Translations under genes and position numbers: made by a program
Virus record (IMG/VR): IMGVR_UViG_3300027836_000009
Location: 1 to 64,000 of that record
Direction: 5' to 3' (one strand)
DNA length: 64,000 bases
Source of the DNA: a virus
Notes under the pieces: model-generated
Seen by the model: only the letters and a program-made list of their open reading frames with translations
What the model was told of the DNA's origin: nothing
Databases searched by the model: none
Shown here: positions 1-8,932 of the stretch, in pieces
How positions within the stretch are numbered: position 1 is the first letter of the stretch
Layout of the letters: each line of letters opens with the position of its first letter

Positions 1-1
1 T

Positions 2-580
2 AATACATCTCAAGGAGCTAGTTTAGTATGGAATGGAGTTACTTTTACGTTAGATACTTCTTTGCTAAATTATTCATATACAGCTATTATAACTACTATA
101 CCAGCAAGTGCAGTCCCTTCTGCAGGTAGTTTAATCGAAGTTACAGTTGGAAATTCAGTTACAAGTATTGGTACTGATGCTTTCTTACAGTGTAGCGGGT
201 TGACATCTGTAACATTTTCACCTAATTCAACACTTACAAGTATTGGTCTCAGATCGTTCGACAGTTGTTCATCATTGACAACTATAACAATTCCAAATTC
301 AGTTACAAGCATTGGTGCTTATGCGTTCTGGGCTTGTGCTGCATTGGCAACTATAACAATTCCAAATTCGGTTACAAGTATTGGTAATTTTGCATTCAGA
401 AGTTGTATTGCATTGTTAAATGTAGTAATTCCAAATTCAGTTACAAGTATTGGTGCAGATTCATTCTTGCTTTCCGGGTTGACAACTGTTACTATAGCAA
501 ATGGTCAATTAGGAATACTATCACCTAGCGCAAGTCAAGCCTTTTTTGGTGTAATAACTGTTCAAACTATTCAACCTTAA
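2..580 (+). CDS. BspA/TpLRR-type leucine-rich repeat protein, 5'-truncated by the window
   Basis: Repeats of TIPNSVTSIGxxAFxxCxxL; the frame stays open upstream of position 62 to the window edge (NTSQGASLVWNG...). Confidence 0.85.
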   Translation, partial: NTSQGASLVWNGVTFTLDTSLLNYSYTAIITTIPASAVPSAGSLIEVTVGNSVTSIGTDAFLQCSGLTSVTFSPNSTLTSIGLRSFDSCSSLTTITIPNSVTSIGAYAFWACAALATITIPNSVTSIGNFAFRSCIALLNVVIPNSVTSIGADSFLLSGLTTVTIANGQLGILSPSASQAFFGVITVQTIQP

Positions 581-707
581 TCGAGATAACTAATTTAGGT
601 TCTCTGTTTATCAGTGTACCAGAGTCATTAGATGAATCCGCTGTAAAGGAACATGTAATTTCTGCAATAATCAATAACGCAACCGCTTAGCCGTTGTGCT
701 AGGTGTC

Positions 708-733
708 AAGAGGGACTACGGTCCCTCTTTTTT
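708..733 (+). terminator. Rho-independent terminator
   Basis: AAGAGGGAC-TACG-GTCCCTCTT followed by a T-run; UNCG tetraloop. Confidence 0.9.
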
Positions 734-740
734 ATGTTAA

Positions 741-767
741 AAACTATCCTTAAATTTGTGAATATAA
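741..767 (+). promoter_or_regulatory. Bipartite phage promoter, class A (RAACTA-N12/13-GWATATAA)
   Basis: AAACTA-N13-GAATATAA, one of 7 intergenic copies. Confidence 0.65.
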
Positions 768-783
768 ATACAATAAATTTAAA

Positions 784-951
784 ATGAGTTTTAACAAAAA
801 ACGAGTTCCTCCTTTAAACGAATTAATTGAAGAGCTTGAAAAATATCCTGAGCATTTAAAGTTTTATCAAAAAGCTGATGCTCTTATAGGTCCACCTGAC
901 GCGGTTAACTACCTTATGTCATTAAATGAAGCTGATAATAATGACATCTAA
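784..951 (+). CDS. Small hypothetical protein (55 aa; not in the ORF track)
   Basis: ATG at 784 (MSFNKKRVPPLNELIEE...) to TAA at 951, directly after a promoter motif. Confidence 0.65.
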   Translation: MSFNKKRVPPLNELIEELEKYPEHLKFYQKADALIGPPDAVNYLMSLNEADNNDI

Positions 952-1045
952 AGGACCTTTATCTTTTACACAATAGATAACTAATTAAACTATTATTAAT
1001 ACATGAGAAGACTATATCTGATCTTCTTTACTAATTTTACAATCA

Positions 1046-2434
1046 ATGTTTGAAAAAATTGGCTTTATAGAAAATGATCCGAACAAGAAGAATATCTTGA
1101 TTACGGTAAGTCAAATGAAAACCCGCGAATATACATACGGATATGTTTACCCGCTTGTTGAAGTACTAAAAGAAAAATTCAATGTTTATTACTTTTACGA
1201 AGGTGGCCTTAAACACATTGAAGAATGTGGCTTTAAAAACGTTTACCGATTAAACAAAGGTAAGTACAATGATTTTAAGTCAGCAAATCTAAAAAGAAAA
1301 AAAGAACTTGAAACTTCTGACATATATAATCAAAACTTGATTGACTTGGAAATTGAAAAGTTCTTTAAAGATGAATACCAATTTTCGGATATCTTAATCG
1401 TTGATAATCACAACTTGATGTTACCGTTCAACCCACAAACATCACACCCAAAATTAAAGGAATTGTTTAATGATTACTTTGATAGCTTTGATGATGAAGA
1501 TCCTAGAGTTCTTGAAGAAATTGAAAGAGTTAACAATAAGTTGTTTAACCCAACTGCAAAAGGACTATCTCCACTTGCATTCCGTTATATGTATAAGAAC
1601 ATTATGTTATCCGTAATTGAATACATTAGTAAAAGTAACGATGCAATAATTCACCCACTTATCATGGACCCATCTGCTGCAATTCCTTTCTTTAAGTTTA
1701 AAGGATTGAAACATCGCTTTTGGTATTTCACTGATGACCACCGTCATTTACGAGAACTGTATGGATTCCCAATTGCCGAATTACAGCATCTTGTGTTTGA
1801 ACCTCATTGGCAAAACATTACGCCAACGAAAAAGAATCTTCTTGAAGAATTTGAAGTTAAAGAAGAAAAGATTCCTTTCTTTTTTGCGGGATCCTTGCTT
1901 AACGATAAAGGTAAACGAAAATATATCTGGAGAGATTTCTTTAAAGACTTTTCATATCCTGGTGCTAAACTCTATTTTAAAGTAAGTTTGATTTTAGGAA
2001 TGGATAAAGAATCTTTTGAGAATCTTAAATCTGATGTAATGAAACATCCAAACTTCTGTGGTGATTTTATGCCGAACGAAGAATATATGAGAGTTCTTAA
2101 AAGATGCAAGACTGCGTTCATTGCTCGTAATGTATCAGCAAATGGTGGATTCACATATCGTCATATGCAATATTTGTACTTTGGTGTTCTTCCTCTTTTT
2201 GATGACTTATATGACCCAGCCTATTTGTGGATACCAAAAGAATTTCAAGATAAGCTAACTGCAAAAAATCCTGAAGAATTACAAAAGCTAATTGAGTTTT
2301 ACGATAACAATGAATCTGAAAGATTAAAAGTTTTAAAAGATCTAAAGAAACATTTCCAAGTTGATGATTGGGTTGACAACTGGAAAGAGAAACTTGTTAA
2401 CACTGAGCTATTCAAAGATTATCTTTGGAAGTAG
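1046..2434 (+). CDS. GT-B glycosyltransferase, T4 DNA beta-glucosyltransferase-like
   Basis: C-terminal domain FFAGSL...GFTYRHMQYLYFGVLPLFDDLYDP resembles the BGT nucleotide-sugar-binding domain; DNA-modification gene context. Confidence 0.6.
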   Translation: MFEKIGFIENDPNKKNILITVSQMKTREYTYGYVYPLVEVLKEKFNVYYFYEGGLKHIEECGFKNVYRLNKGKYNDFKSANLKRKKELETSDIYNQNLIDLEIEKFFKDEYQFSDILIVDNHNLMLPFNPQTSHPKLKELFNDYFDSFDDEDPRVLEEIERVNNKLFNPTAKGLSPLAFRYMYKNIMLSVIEYISKSNDAIIHPLIMDPSAAIPFFKFKGLKHRFWYFTDDHRHLRELYGFPIAELQHLVFEPHWQNITPTKKNLLEEFEVKEEKIPFFFAGSLLNDKGKRKYIWRDFFKDFSYPGAKLYFKVSLILGMDKESFENLKSDVMKHPNFCGDFMPNEEYMRVLKRCKTAFIARNVSANGGFTYRHMQYLYFGVLPLFDDLYDPAYLWIPKEFQDKLTAKNPEELQKLIEFYDNNESERLKVLKDLKKHFQVDDWVDNWKEKLVNTELFKDYLWK

Positions 2435-2437
2435 GCA

Positions 2438-2463
2438 GAACTATTTAAGAAAAATGTATATAA
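2438..2463 (+). promoter_or_regulatory. Class A promoter
   Basis: GAACTA-N12-GTATATAA upstream of the transaldolase. Confidence 0.7.
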
Positions 2464-2486
2464 TATAAAATTCAAAATTTATAAGT

Positions 2487-3188
2487 ATGAGAGTAAAAAT
2501 CTTCGCAGACGGCGCAAACGAACAAAGTATGATTGACCGTAACAATTCAGAAATGATTTCTGGTTTAACGACAAATCCTACATTAATTCAAAAATCAGGT
2601 GTTACTGATTATTCTTCATTCATTAAAAGAATGTTACAGACAGTCAATGAAAAATCGTTTTCAGTTGAAGTTGTATCTGATGATCTTGAAGAAATGTACA
2701 CACAAGCAAAAACTATTGCTTCTTGGGGCGAAAACGTTTATGTTAAAATTCCAATCACAAACACAAAAGGTGAAACAGTTTACGATATCGTAAAAAGATT
2801 ATCTGATGAAGGAGTTAAAATAAACGTAACTGCTATGATGACAACTGAACAAGTTAATCATATCTTGCCTGCATTAGCAAATTCCCCAGCCGCATATATA
2901 TCTATATTTGCTGGCCGTATTGCTGACACTGGAATTGACCCAATGGATATTATGACAGAAACAATGACTACGTTAGGTGCTTACCCACAAGTTGAATTAA
3001 TTTGGGCATCTCCTCGTGAATTGTTAAACATTTTCCAGGCTGACTCTATCGGTTGTCATATTATTACTTGTACTGATGATATCATTAAAAAATTATCATT
3101 ACACGGTAAAGATTTAAGTGAGTATTCATTAGATACAGTTCAAATGTTTTATGATGATGCTCAAAAATTAAACTACACAATTGAATAA
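2487..3188 (+). CDS. tal: Transaldolase (small TalC-like family)
   Basis: IFADGA, GLTTNPTL, SVEV (acid-base Glu), VYVKIP (Schiff-base Lys), SIFAGRI (Phe, as in transaldolases rather than FSA). Confidence 0.92.
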   Translation: MRVKIFADGANEQSMIDRNNSEMISGLTTNPTLIQKSGVTDYSSFIKRMLQTVNEKSFSVEVVSDDLEEMYTQAKTIASWGENVYVKIPITNTKGETVYDIVKRLSDEGVKINVTAMMTTEQVNHILPALANSPAAYISIFAGRIADTGIDPMDIMTETMTTLGAYPQVELIWASPRELLNIFQADSIGCHIITCTDDIIKKLSLHGKDLSEYSLDTVQMFYDDAQKLNYTIE

Positions 3189-3191
3189 ATT

Positions 3192-4436
3192 ATGACTGAC
3201 AATTTCAATAATCCTAAAAGACTACATAACCTTTTTACTCTAAAGAAAGGCTGCAGCATCTTATGTGATATTGACGGAACTATTATCCAACATGAGAACA
3301 TTCCTGATTACTCAAAAGATATTGTTTTACTTGACGGTGCATTAGAGAAACTAGATGAATGGTATGCTGATAATGCTTATGTTGTATTAACGACAAGTAG
3401 AAATCCTGTGGATAAGGATCTGTTAGTTAAAGCTCTAGCAAAACAAAACATAAAATATGATTCATTGGTTATGGGTTTACCACCAGGACCAAGATATTTA
3501 GTAAACGATAAAAAACCTTATTCAGAAATAACTATGGCACAATCTTTTGAAGTTAAACGCGATGAAGGAATCAAAACAATTGGTCACTCATTTGCTGCAG
3601 TTAGTATTAAAGAAAATACTATCGAAAAAACATTACCTGCTGACGCAAACCAAACTCAATTAAACAAGTTTGCTTGGCAATATCAAACATTATCCGATTT
3701 GGGTAATATTGAAAACGTTAAACCTGCTATCCCACAGGTATACGAATTCTCTTCTCATAAATTCAGTATTGAGTATTTAGAAAAACATAAAGGAATCAAC
3801 CAATTTGATACTTACCAAAGAAGTGTGGTATTACCTTACGTTTTTGAATATGTAAACAATATGTACAGTATTGAAAATGAAACAATAGATTCAGAAAATC
3901 CATCTAGAGATTGGGACGAATGGTTTAAGTCTTTCATTGATGCAAAAATTTACGCAAAGAAATCTGATTTAGAAAAGTACGGTTTAGATACTTCAGTTTT
4001 TGAAGATATGAAAAACTACTTAGAAACAAATTATGAAACAATCAGACCATATTTCTTTGCAAGATATTTCCACGGAGATCTTACATACGAAAACATTTTG
4101 TTTTATAACTTTGATGTTAAGTTTATTGATTTTGATAATGATTATGTTTGGGGTCCTGTTGAACTTGACTTAGGAAAACTTACACAATCAATCATTACAA
4201 AATATGAAAGTTGGGATAACCCAGAAGAAGCAATCCAAAATGTTGAAGAAGAATTTGAAAGAGTACTTTACTTTTACACAGGGTTCGTTGGAGAACAAGC
4301 AAGGTCTAAAGCATACTTCTATTGTATCATTCACTTAATCAGAATGATCCCGTATCAAGCTCAACGTGATGTTAATCGTTGTCACATTGCTTTAGGTTGG
4401 GTTAAAGAATTATTTAACAGATTAAACAACAAATAA
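3192..4436 (+). CDS. HAD phosphatase fused to an APH/choline-kinase-like phosphotransferase
   Basis: N-terminal CDIDGT, LTTSR, NDKKP; C-terminal FHGDLTYENIL and FIDFD kinase motifs. Confidence 0.8.
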   Translation: MTDNFNNPKRLHNLFTLKKGCSILCDIDGTIIQHENIPDYSKDIVLLDGALEKLDEWYADNAYVVLTTSRNPVDKDLLVKALAKQNIKYDSLVMGLPPGPRYLVNDKKPYSEITMAQSFEVKRDEGIKTIGHSFAAVSIKENTIEKTLPADANQTQLNKFAWQYQTLSDLGNIENVKPAIPQVYEFSSHKFSIEYLEKHKGINQFDTYQRSVVLPYVFEYVNNMYSIENETIDSENPSRDWDEWFKSFIDAKIYAKKSDLEKYGLDTSVFEDMKNYLETNYETIRPYFFARYFHGDLTYENILFYNFDVKFIDFDNDYVWGPVELDLGKLTQSIITKYESWDNPEEAIQNVEEEFERVLYFYTGFVGEQARSKAYFYCIIHLIRMIPYQAQRDVNRCHIALGWVKELFNRLNNK

Positions 4437-4437
4437 C

Positions 4438-5151
4438 ATGGATGCAATAATACTAGCTGCAGGTAGGTCACAAAGATTTGGAGAAAACAAATTACTTATC
4501 CCTTTTGATTCTTTAACATTAACTGAACATTCCTTAAAGTTCTTAGCTGAAAATGGAATTACTGGTAAGATCGTTATTGTGATTAATAAAAGTGATGTTT
4601 ACATCAGCAATCGTGATAAGATCATTCAACCTGTAATGCATAGATTATTGGGTTCTCCTTATTATAGTGAAAACATTGAGTTCGTTTTCCAAAACCCTGA
4701 TGAATATGGACCTGCAGCTGCTATAAGATCGGCTGCAGGTAAAATAAAAGATGATTTTATTATTCTTTCAGGTGATAACTATTACAGTGGAAAAATTGAT
4801 ACAACATTCCCAGACGGCGCAACTGCCAAAGCTACTTTTAAATACTATCCAGATTCAGAACTTAACTTACGCCTTGCTTATGTTAACCTTGATGAAAACA
4901 AAATAATTGAGAAACCTCATAATTTTTCTAGTGGTGAATATTACTGTGGTTACATGATGTTGAAATATGAAGAATTAGAAAAAGTTAACACAATGGAAAT
5001 TTCGCCTCGTGGTGAATATGAAATAACTGACTTCTTTAATTCATCAAAAAAGAAAGCATTTGAACCGTTAAGTATTAAATGGACTGATATTACTTTTTAT
5101 GAAGATATCCCAACAGTTTTAAAGTATATTAAAGAAAACGCTAATAATTAA
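4438..5151 (+). CDS. Sugar-phosphate nucleotidyltransferase (RmlA/NTP_transferase family)
   Basis: IILAAGRSQRF, LSGDNY, IIEKP, SPRGEYEITD, WTDI. Confidence 0.9.
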   Translation: MDAIILAAGRSQRFGENKLLIPFDSLTLTEHSLKFLAENGITGKIVIVINKSDVYISNRDKIIQPVMHRLLGSPYYSENIEFVFQNPDEYGPAAAIRSAAGKIKDDFIILSGDNYYSGKIDTTFPDGATAKATFKYYPDSELNLRLAYVNLDENKIIEKPHNFSSGEYYCGYMMLKYEELEKVNTMEISPRGEYEITDFFNSSKKKAFEPLSIKWTDITFYEDIPTVLKYIKENANN

Positions 5152-5155
5152 CAAT

Positions 5156-5737
5156 ATGATACACAATTTTTACGATTGGGACGATACAATAGTTTTGACT
5201 CGTCCAGCAATTTATCTTTCTTATAGTTTTGCTTTAAAGAAAGTTGTTGACATTGATTTACCTCGTGGTGATTTTGATAAAAAACTTTACGCTAATGCTA
5301 ATGCTTATATGGCTCAATTAGGATTTACTGAAAAGACAATGCGTGAGGTAAAACGAGTTAAGAACGAAGTCTATCTTGATACTTATTGGGAAGATGTTAA
5401 AGTTCTTAAAACAGATTTTGACCCATACGAAAAACATTACATTGTTTCAAACACAACAACTGACGTAATTGAAACTTTATTGGAAAAATTTGATTTACGT
5501 CATAACTTTGATACAGTCGTAGGATCTGACGTTTATCTTGGCGTAAACCGTAAACCTGCTCCAGATTTATACAACTATGCATTCTCAAGAATTGAGAAAA
5601 ACTTTAATCCTGATAAAGATTGGGTTGTGATTCACGAGGATAGCATCTTTGGGTTAAACGCAGCACTAGCTTTTTTTGAAGATAATAAATACAAAATAAA
5701 AAACTTTAAAATTGTTTACTCTCCGCAAAATTTTTAA
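5156..5737 (+). CDS. HAD-family phosphatase/phosphomutase
   Basis: YDWDDTI, IVSN, RKPAPD, HEDS motifs. Confidence 0.8.
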   Translation: MIHNFYDWDDTIVLTRPAIYLSYSFALKKVVDIDLPRGDFDKKLYANANAYMAQLGFTEKTMREVKRVKNEVYLDTYWEDVKVLKTDFDPYEKHYIVSNTTTDVIETLLEKFDLRHNFDTVVGSDVYLGVNRKPAPDLYNYAFSRIEKNFNPDKDWVVIHEDSIFGLNAALAFFEDNKYKIKNFKIVYSPQNF

Positions 5738-5740
5738 TTA

Positions 5741-7066
5741 ATGAAAACTACAGGCCTGCGAATTGCGATCTTTCCAATGGGATCCGCAATTAAATTAAAA
5801 AAAGATAACATAAAAAGAAACGACGGTTCAATTGAGTACTATAAATCTGTATGGGCTCTAACACATAATGAAAATGTTGACCAAGTTTTAATTGTTCAAA
5901 AATCCGATTGGGATAAATTAACCGATGAAGAAAAAGCTGATCTTGATCCTCGTGGAGTTATCTTTGATGTTTATTCAGAATTAGGATTAAGAACTCCTAA
6001 TCTTTCAGGAGTTATTTCTGATGATGAATGGGAAAAGTACACTAATGTATATGAAGCATTAAAGGATTTACCTCAACCTGATTTTGGTATTGGGTTTCTT
6101 GCTCAAGGATACACTATTGTAAATATGCCAAATTTCTTATATAAGAAAACCGATCCAACAAAAAAGAATTCAGTATTAGCAATGACTGGACGCTACGCAG
6201 CTCCAATTGTGTATTACTTGAATATGTCAAAACTTCCTTACTTTGTAATTGCTACTGACCCTCGTTACTGTACTCGTAAATTGAAAAGACGTGATAGCGC
6301 AAACCGTCCGTTAGAATTTATTTCTCAGTACAATGATGTTTGTGAATTTACAGCAATCACAGAACACGATCCGTATTCACCAGAAGTTATGACACCAATT
6401 AAAATTACTTACTCAGGAATTGAGAGATTAGGATTAGTTGGTGAAAGAGCTGTTGCTCCAGATAATGAAAGAACAATTAAATTTGCGATATCTGCAATGC
6501 AATCTTCATACGGTGAAAACGCAACTAAAGATTTCCGTTTTGACGAATTAAAGAAATGGGTTCTTAACCAACCAGATTCTGAAGATTATCATATCTACGG
6601 AAGATGGACTGATTACTTTACAAAAGATCACCAACAATTTAAAGGTCTGATTCCTCACACGGAAATTGACGAAGCTTTTATCAACACAAGATATACATTA
6701 GTAATTCCTATTCGCCCAGATTGGGTTACTGGTAAATATGTTGAAATGATCCGAGTTGGATGTTTGCCATTCTTCCATCCAAAATACGATACTCAGTTTT
6801 CAACAATTCCTAAAGACCATTTCTTAAGGGTTAAAGATCCTGCTGATATGTATAAAAAAATAAAGTATCTTGATGAAAATCCTGAAGTAAGAATTAAACT
6901 TGTTAAAGAATTACAAGTTAAGTTTTTATTAGGCGTTCGTCAAGGAGATTTCTTTGCTAACATTCTTGATACTTTTTTAAAGAAACATGATTTGCCATTC
7001 AGTATCGCACCAGGCTATACTGAAGAATTAAAAAGAGTCGTTAAAAAAACAGTTAAACTATTTTAA
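5741..7066 (+). CDS. Second GT-B glycosyltransferase, DNA beta-glucosyltransferase-like
   Basis: IATDPRY, HIYGRW, TRYTLVIP...VTGKYVEMIRVGCLPFFHPKYD. Confidence 0.65.
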   Translation: MKTTGLRIAIFPMGSAIKLKKDNIKRNDGSIEYYKSVWALTHNENVDQVLIVQKSDWDKLTDEEKADLDPRGVIFDVYSELGLRTPNLSGVISDDEWEKYTNVYEALKDLPQPDFGIGFLAQGYTIVNMPNFLYKKTDPTKKNSVLAMTGRYAAPIVYYLNMSKLPYFVIATDPRYCTRKLKRRDSANRPLEFISQYNDVCEFTAITEHDPYSPEVMTPIKITYSGIERLGLVGERAVAPDNERTIKFAISAMQSSYGENATKDFRFDELKKWVLNQPDSEDYHIYGRWTDYFTKDHQQFKGLIPHTEIDEAFINTRYTLVIPIRPDWVTGKYVEMIRVGCLPFFHPKYDTQFSTIPKDHFLRVKDPADMYKKIKYLDENPEVRIKLVKELQVKFLLGVRQGDFFANILDTFLKKHDLPFSIAPGYTEELKRVVKKTVKLF

Positions 7067-8323
7067 ATGAAAAAGAAAATTAAGTATGGTGTTGTTGTTC
7101 CACTTATCGGTGGTATGACAATCGCAAATGAAAACGCAACAGGAGAGAAACCTACATTTATTTTATCTTATGAAGCATTTGCTGCAAATGACAAACATTG
7201 TGTAAACCGTTACAATGAAACTCCTTATGTGCTTGCTGACGGTGATACAAATGAAATTATGCCAACTGTTGTTAATGAAGAAACTGGAGAAGTAGAATAT
7301 GAATCTGCTTTTAGAGCAGATCTATTTGAAGAAGTTGATTTTGTTTCTGCAGTTTGCCCTTGCGCAGGTCTTTCAATGTTAAACTCAAATAACAATAAAG
7401 AAACAGCTTCTGCTCGTGGGTCTGATGCTGTTCAGAATGACTGGATGTATAAAACAGCTCGTCTTGTTCTTGAGAAAGTTAGTCCTAAAGTTTTATGGGG
7501 TGAAAATGCTCCAGGATTATATACTAACATGGGTGCTGGTGTTGTTGAAAAGTTAAGAGTAATTGGTAAAGAATATGGGTATTCTTTCTCAATGATTAAA
7601 ACTGATACGTTTTTACATGGAATTCCACAACATCGTCAAAGAACATTTTACTTCTTTTGGAAAGGCAGTGATGCTCCAATCTTAAACTATTTTGAAAAAG
7701 AATCTCCAATGTTAGGTGATTACTTGGACCAAATTCCTGAAGGCGCATCTTATATGGATAAACCGTTTATGGCTGACTTGACTGATAACAATTGGGTTAA
7801 GTTTATAAAAAGTGAAGGTTTTAGTCTTGAAGCACTTGCTGAAGATCCAAAATTAAACACAGTTTTTCAATGGATTCATGCTAAAGGTTTAAGAGATAAA
7901 GCAATTGAGTTTGGTGAAAGCATTGGTGATGAAGGAATGGTTAAGTTCTTAAATCACACAAAGAAAAAAGAAGCTGAAAACAAAGGCTGGTGGGATGGAA
8001 CTCCACTTGCATTTAAAACAGCAACAAACTCAATCATTGCTAAAAATTCTGCAATCATTCGTCCAGGTACTGAACGCGGAATTACATTACGTGAGGCAAT
8101 GTGGCTAATGGGTCTTCCTCATGATTTTGAAATGATGGGTAATGTAAACAATCATATCTGTCAAAATGTCCCTGTTAAAACAGCAACTGATTGGACATCT
8201 GAAGTTATAAGATTCTTAAACGGCGAGATTACAGAATTCGGTGGTGATTTTGTTAAACAGAATAACATTTCTAAAAAGATTGATTTTGCTGAGGCTTCAA
8301 TCAAAACAGCTGTATTGTTCTAA
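7067..8323 (+). CDS. DNA cytosine-C5 methyltransferase-like protein
   Basis: Motif IV CPCAGLS, VI GENAP, VIII PQHRQRTFYF, IX TLREAMWLMGLP, X CQNVP; motif I is atypical (VPLIGG). Confidence 0.85.
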   Translation: MKKKIKYGVVVPLIGGMTIANENATGEKPTFILSYEAFAANDKHCVNRYNETPYVLADGDTNEIMPTVVNEETGEVEYESAFRADLFEEVDFVSAVCPCAGLSMLNSNNNKETASARGSDAVQNDWMYKTARLVLEKVSPKVLWGENAPGLYTNMGAGVVEKLRVIGKEYGYSFSMIKTDTFLHGIPQHRQRTFYFFWKGSDAPILNYFEKESPMLGDYLDQIPEGASYMDKPFMADLTDNNWVKFIKSEGFSLEALAEDPKLNTVFQWIHAKGLRDKAIEFGESIGDEGMVKFLNHTKKKEAENKGWWDGTPLAFKTATNSIIAKNSAIIRPGTERGITLREAMWLMGLPHDFEMMGNVNNHICQNVPVKTATDWTSEVIRFLNGEITEFGGDFVKQNNISKKIDFAEASIKTAVLF

Positions 8324-8326
8324 ACA

Positions 8327-8353
8327 GAACTAAATACGTATTTGTGTATATAA
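8327..8353 (+). promoter_or_regulatory. Class A promoter
   Basis: GAACTA-N13-GTATATAA upstream of the dNMP kinase. Confidence 0.7.
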
Positions 8354-8365
8354 AATTTAAAGTAA

Positions 8366-8932
8366 ATGAAATTATTAATTTTTGAAGGATTGGATCGTTG
8401 TGGCAAAGATACGATTATAAATCATATCGCTGCTGATTATCCTCACTTAATTAGAGTTCATTGGGGGTTTCCGAAAGGTGAAACGAATGAAGAAAAAACA
8501 GAATATCAAGTTAAAACATTTAACGCTGAAATGTCTGTTCAAAGTAATCTTCGTCATATCTACGGCGCAAACTATTTTGAAGATGGAATTTATATCTGGA
8601 ATCGTTCACATATAGGTGAATATGTTTACGGACCAATGTATCGGGATAGCAATCCTGATACGTGGATTCCTGATCTTGAAAAAAGATATTTTGCTAATGA
8701 CCCTGATGTCTATTTAATTTATTTGCATGCTGATGTTGACTTTATATTAAAACAAGATGATGGACAATCATTTACAACTGACCGCAAGAAAAAAGTAAAA
8801 GAAATGAAGTTATTTAACGAAGCAGTTGATAACTCACTTATTAAAAACAAATTAAAAATAAAAGTAAATGACGGAAACGAATACATTTCAATTGACACCA
8901 TCTGCGGAATTATCAAAGATGCAATCTGCTAA
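8366..8932 (+). CDS. Thymidylate-kinase-like dNMP kinase
   Basis: P-loop FEGLDRCGKDT; WNRSHIGEYVYG. Confidence 0.85.
   Translation: MKLLIFEGLDRCGKDTIINHIAADYPHLIRVHWGFPKGETNEEKTEYQVKTFNAEMSVQSNLRHIYGANYFEDGIYIWNRSHIGEYVYGPMYRDSNPDTWIPDLEKRYFANDPDVYLIYLHADVDFILKQDDGQSFTTDRKKKVKEMKLFNEAVDNSLIKNKLKIKVNDGNEYISIDTICGIIKDAIC

Noticed and set aside
150-460. Near-identical nucleotide repeats (CCAAATTCAGTTACAAGTATTGG) as a possible CRISPR array or DGR template/variable repeat
   Set aside because: They are in-frame coding repeats of the LRR; there are no unique spacers, cas genes or reverse transcriptase in the window.
584-986. 12-bp direct repeat AGATAACTAATT at 584 and 975 as a possible insertion boundary
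   Set aside because: Short and AT-rich, so plausible by chance; no mobile-element gene between the copies.
2487-3188. Transaldolase as a cyanophage-style auxiliary metabolic gene
   Set aside because: No zwf, gnd, cp12 or photosynthesis genes nearby; it heads an operon of sugar-activation and DNA-modification genes.
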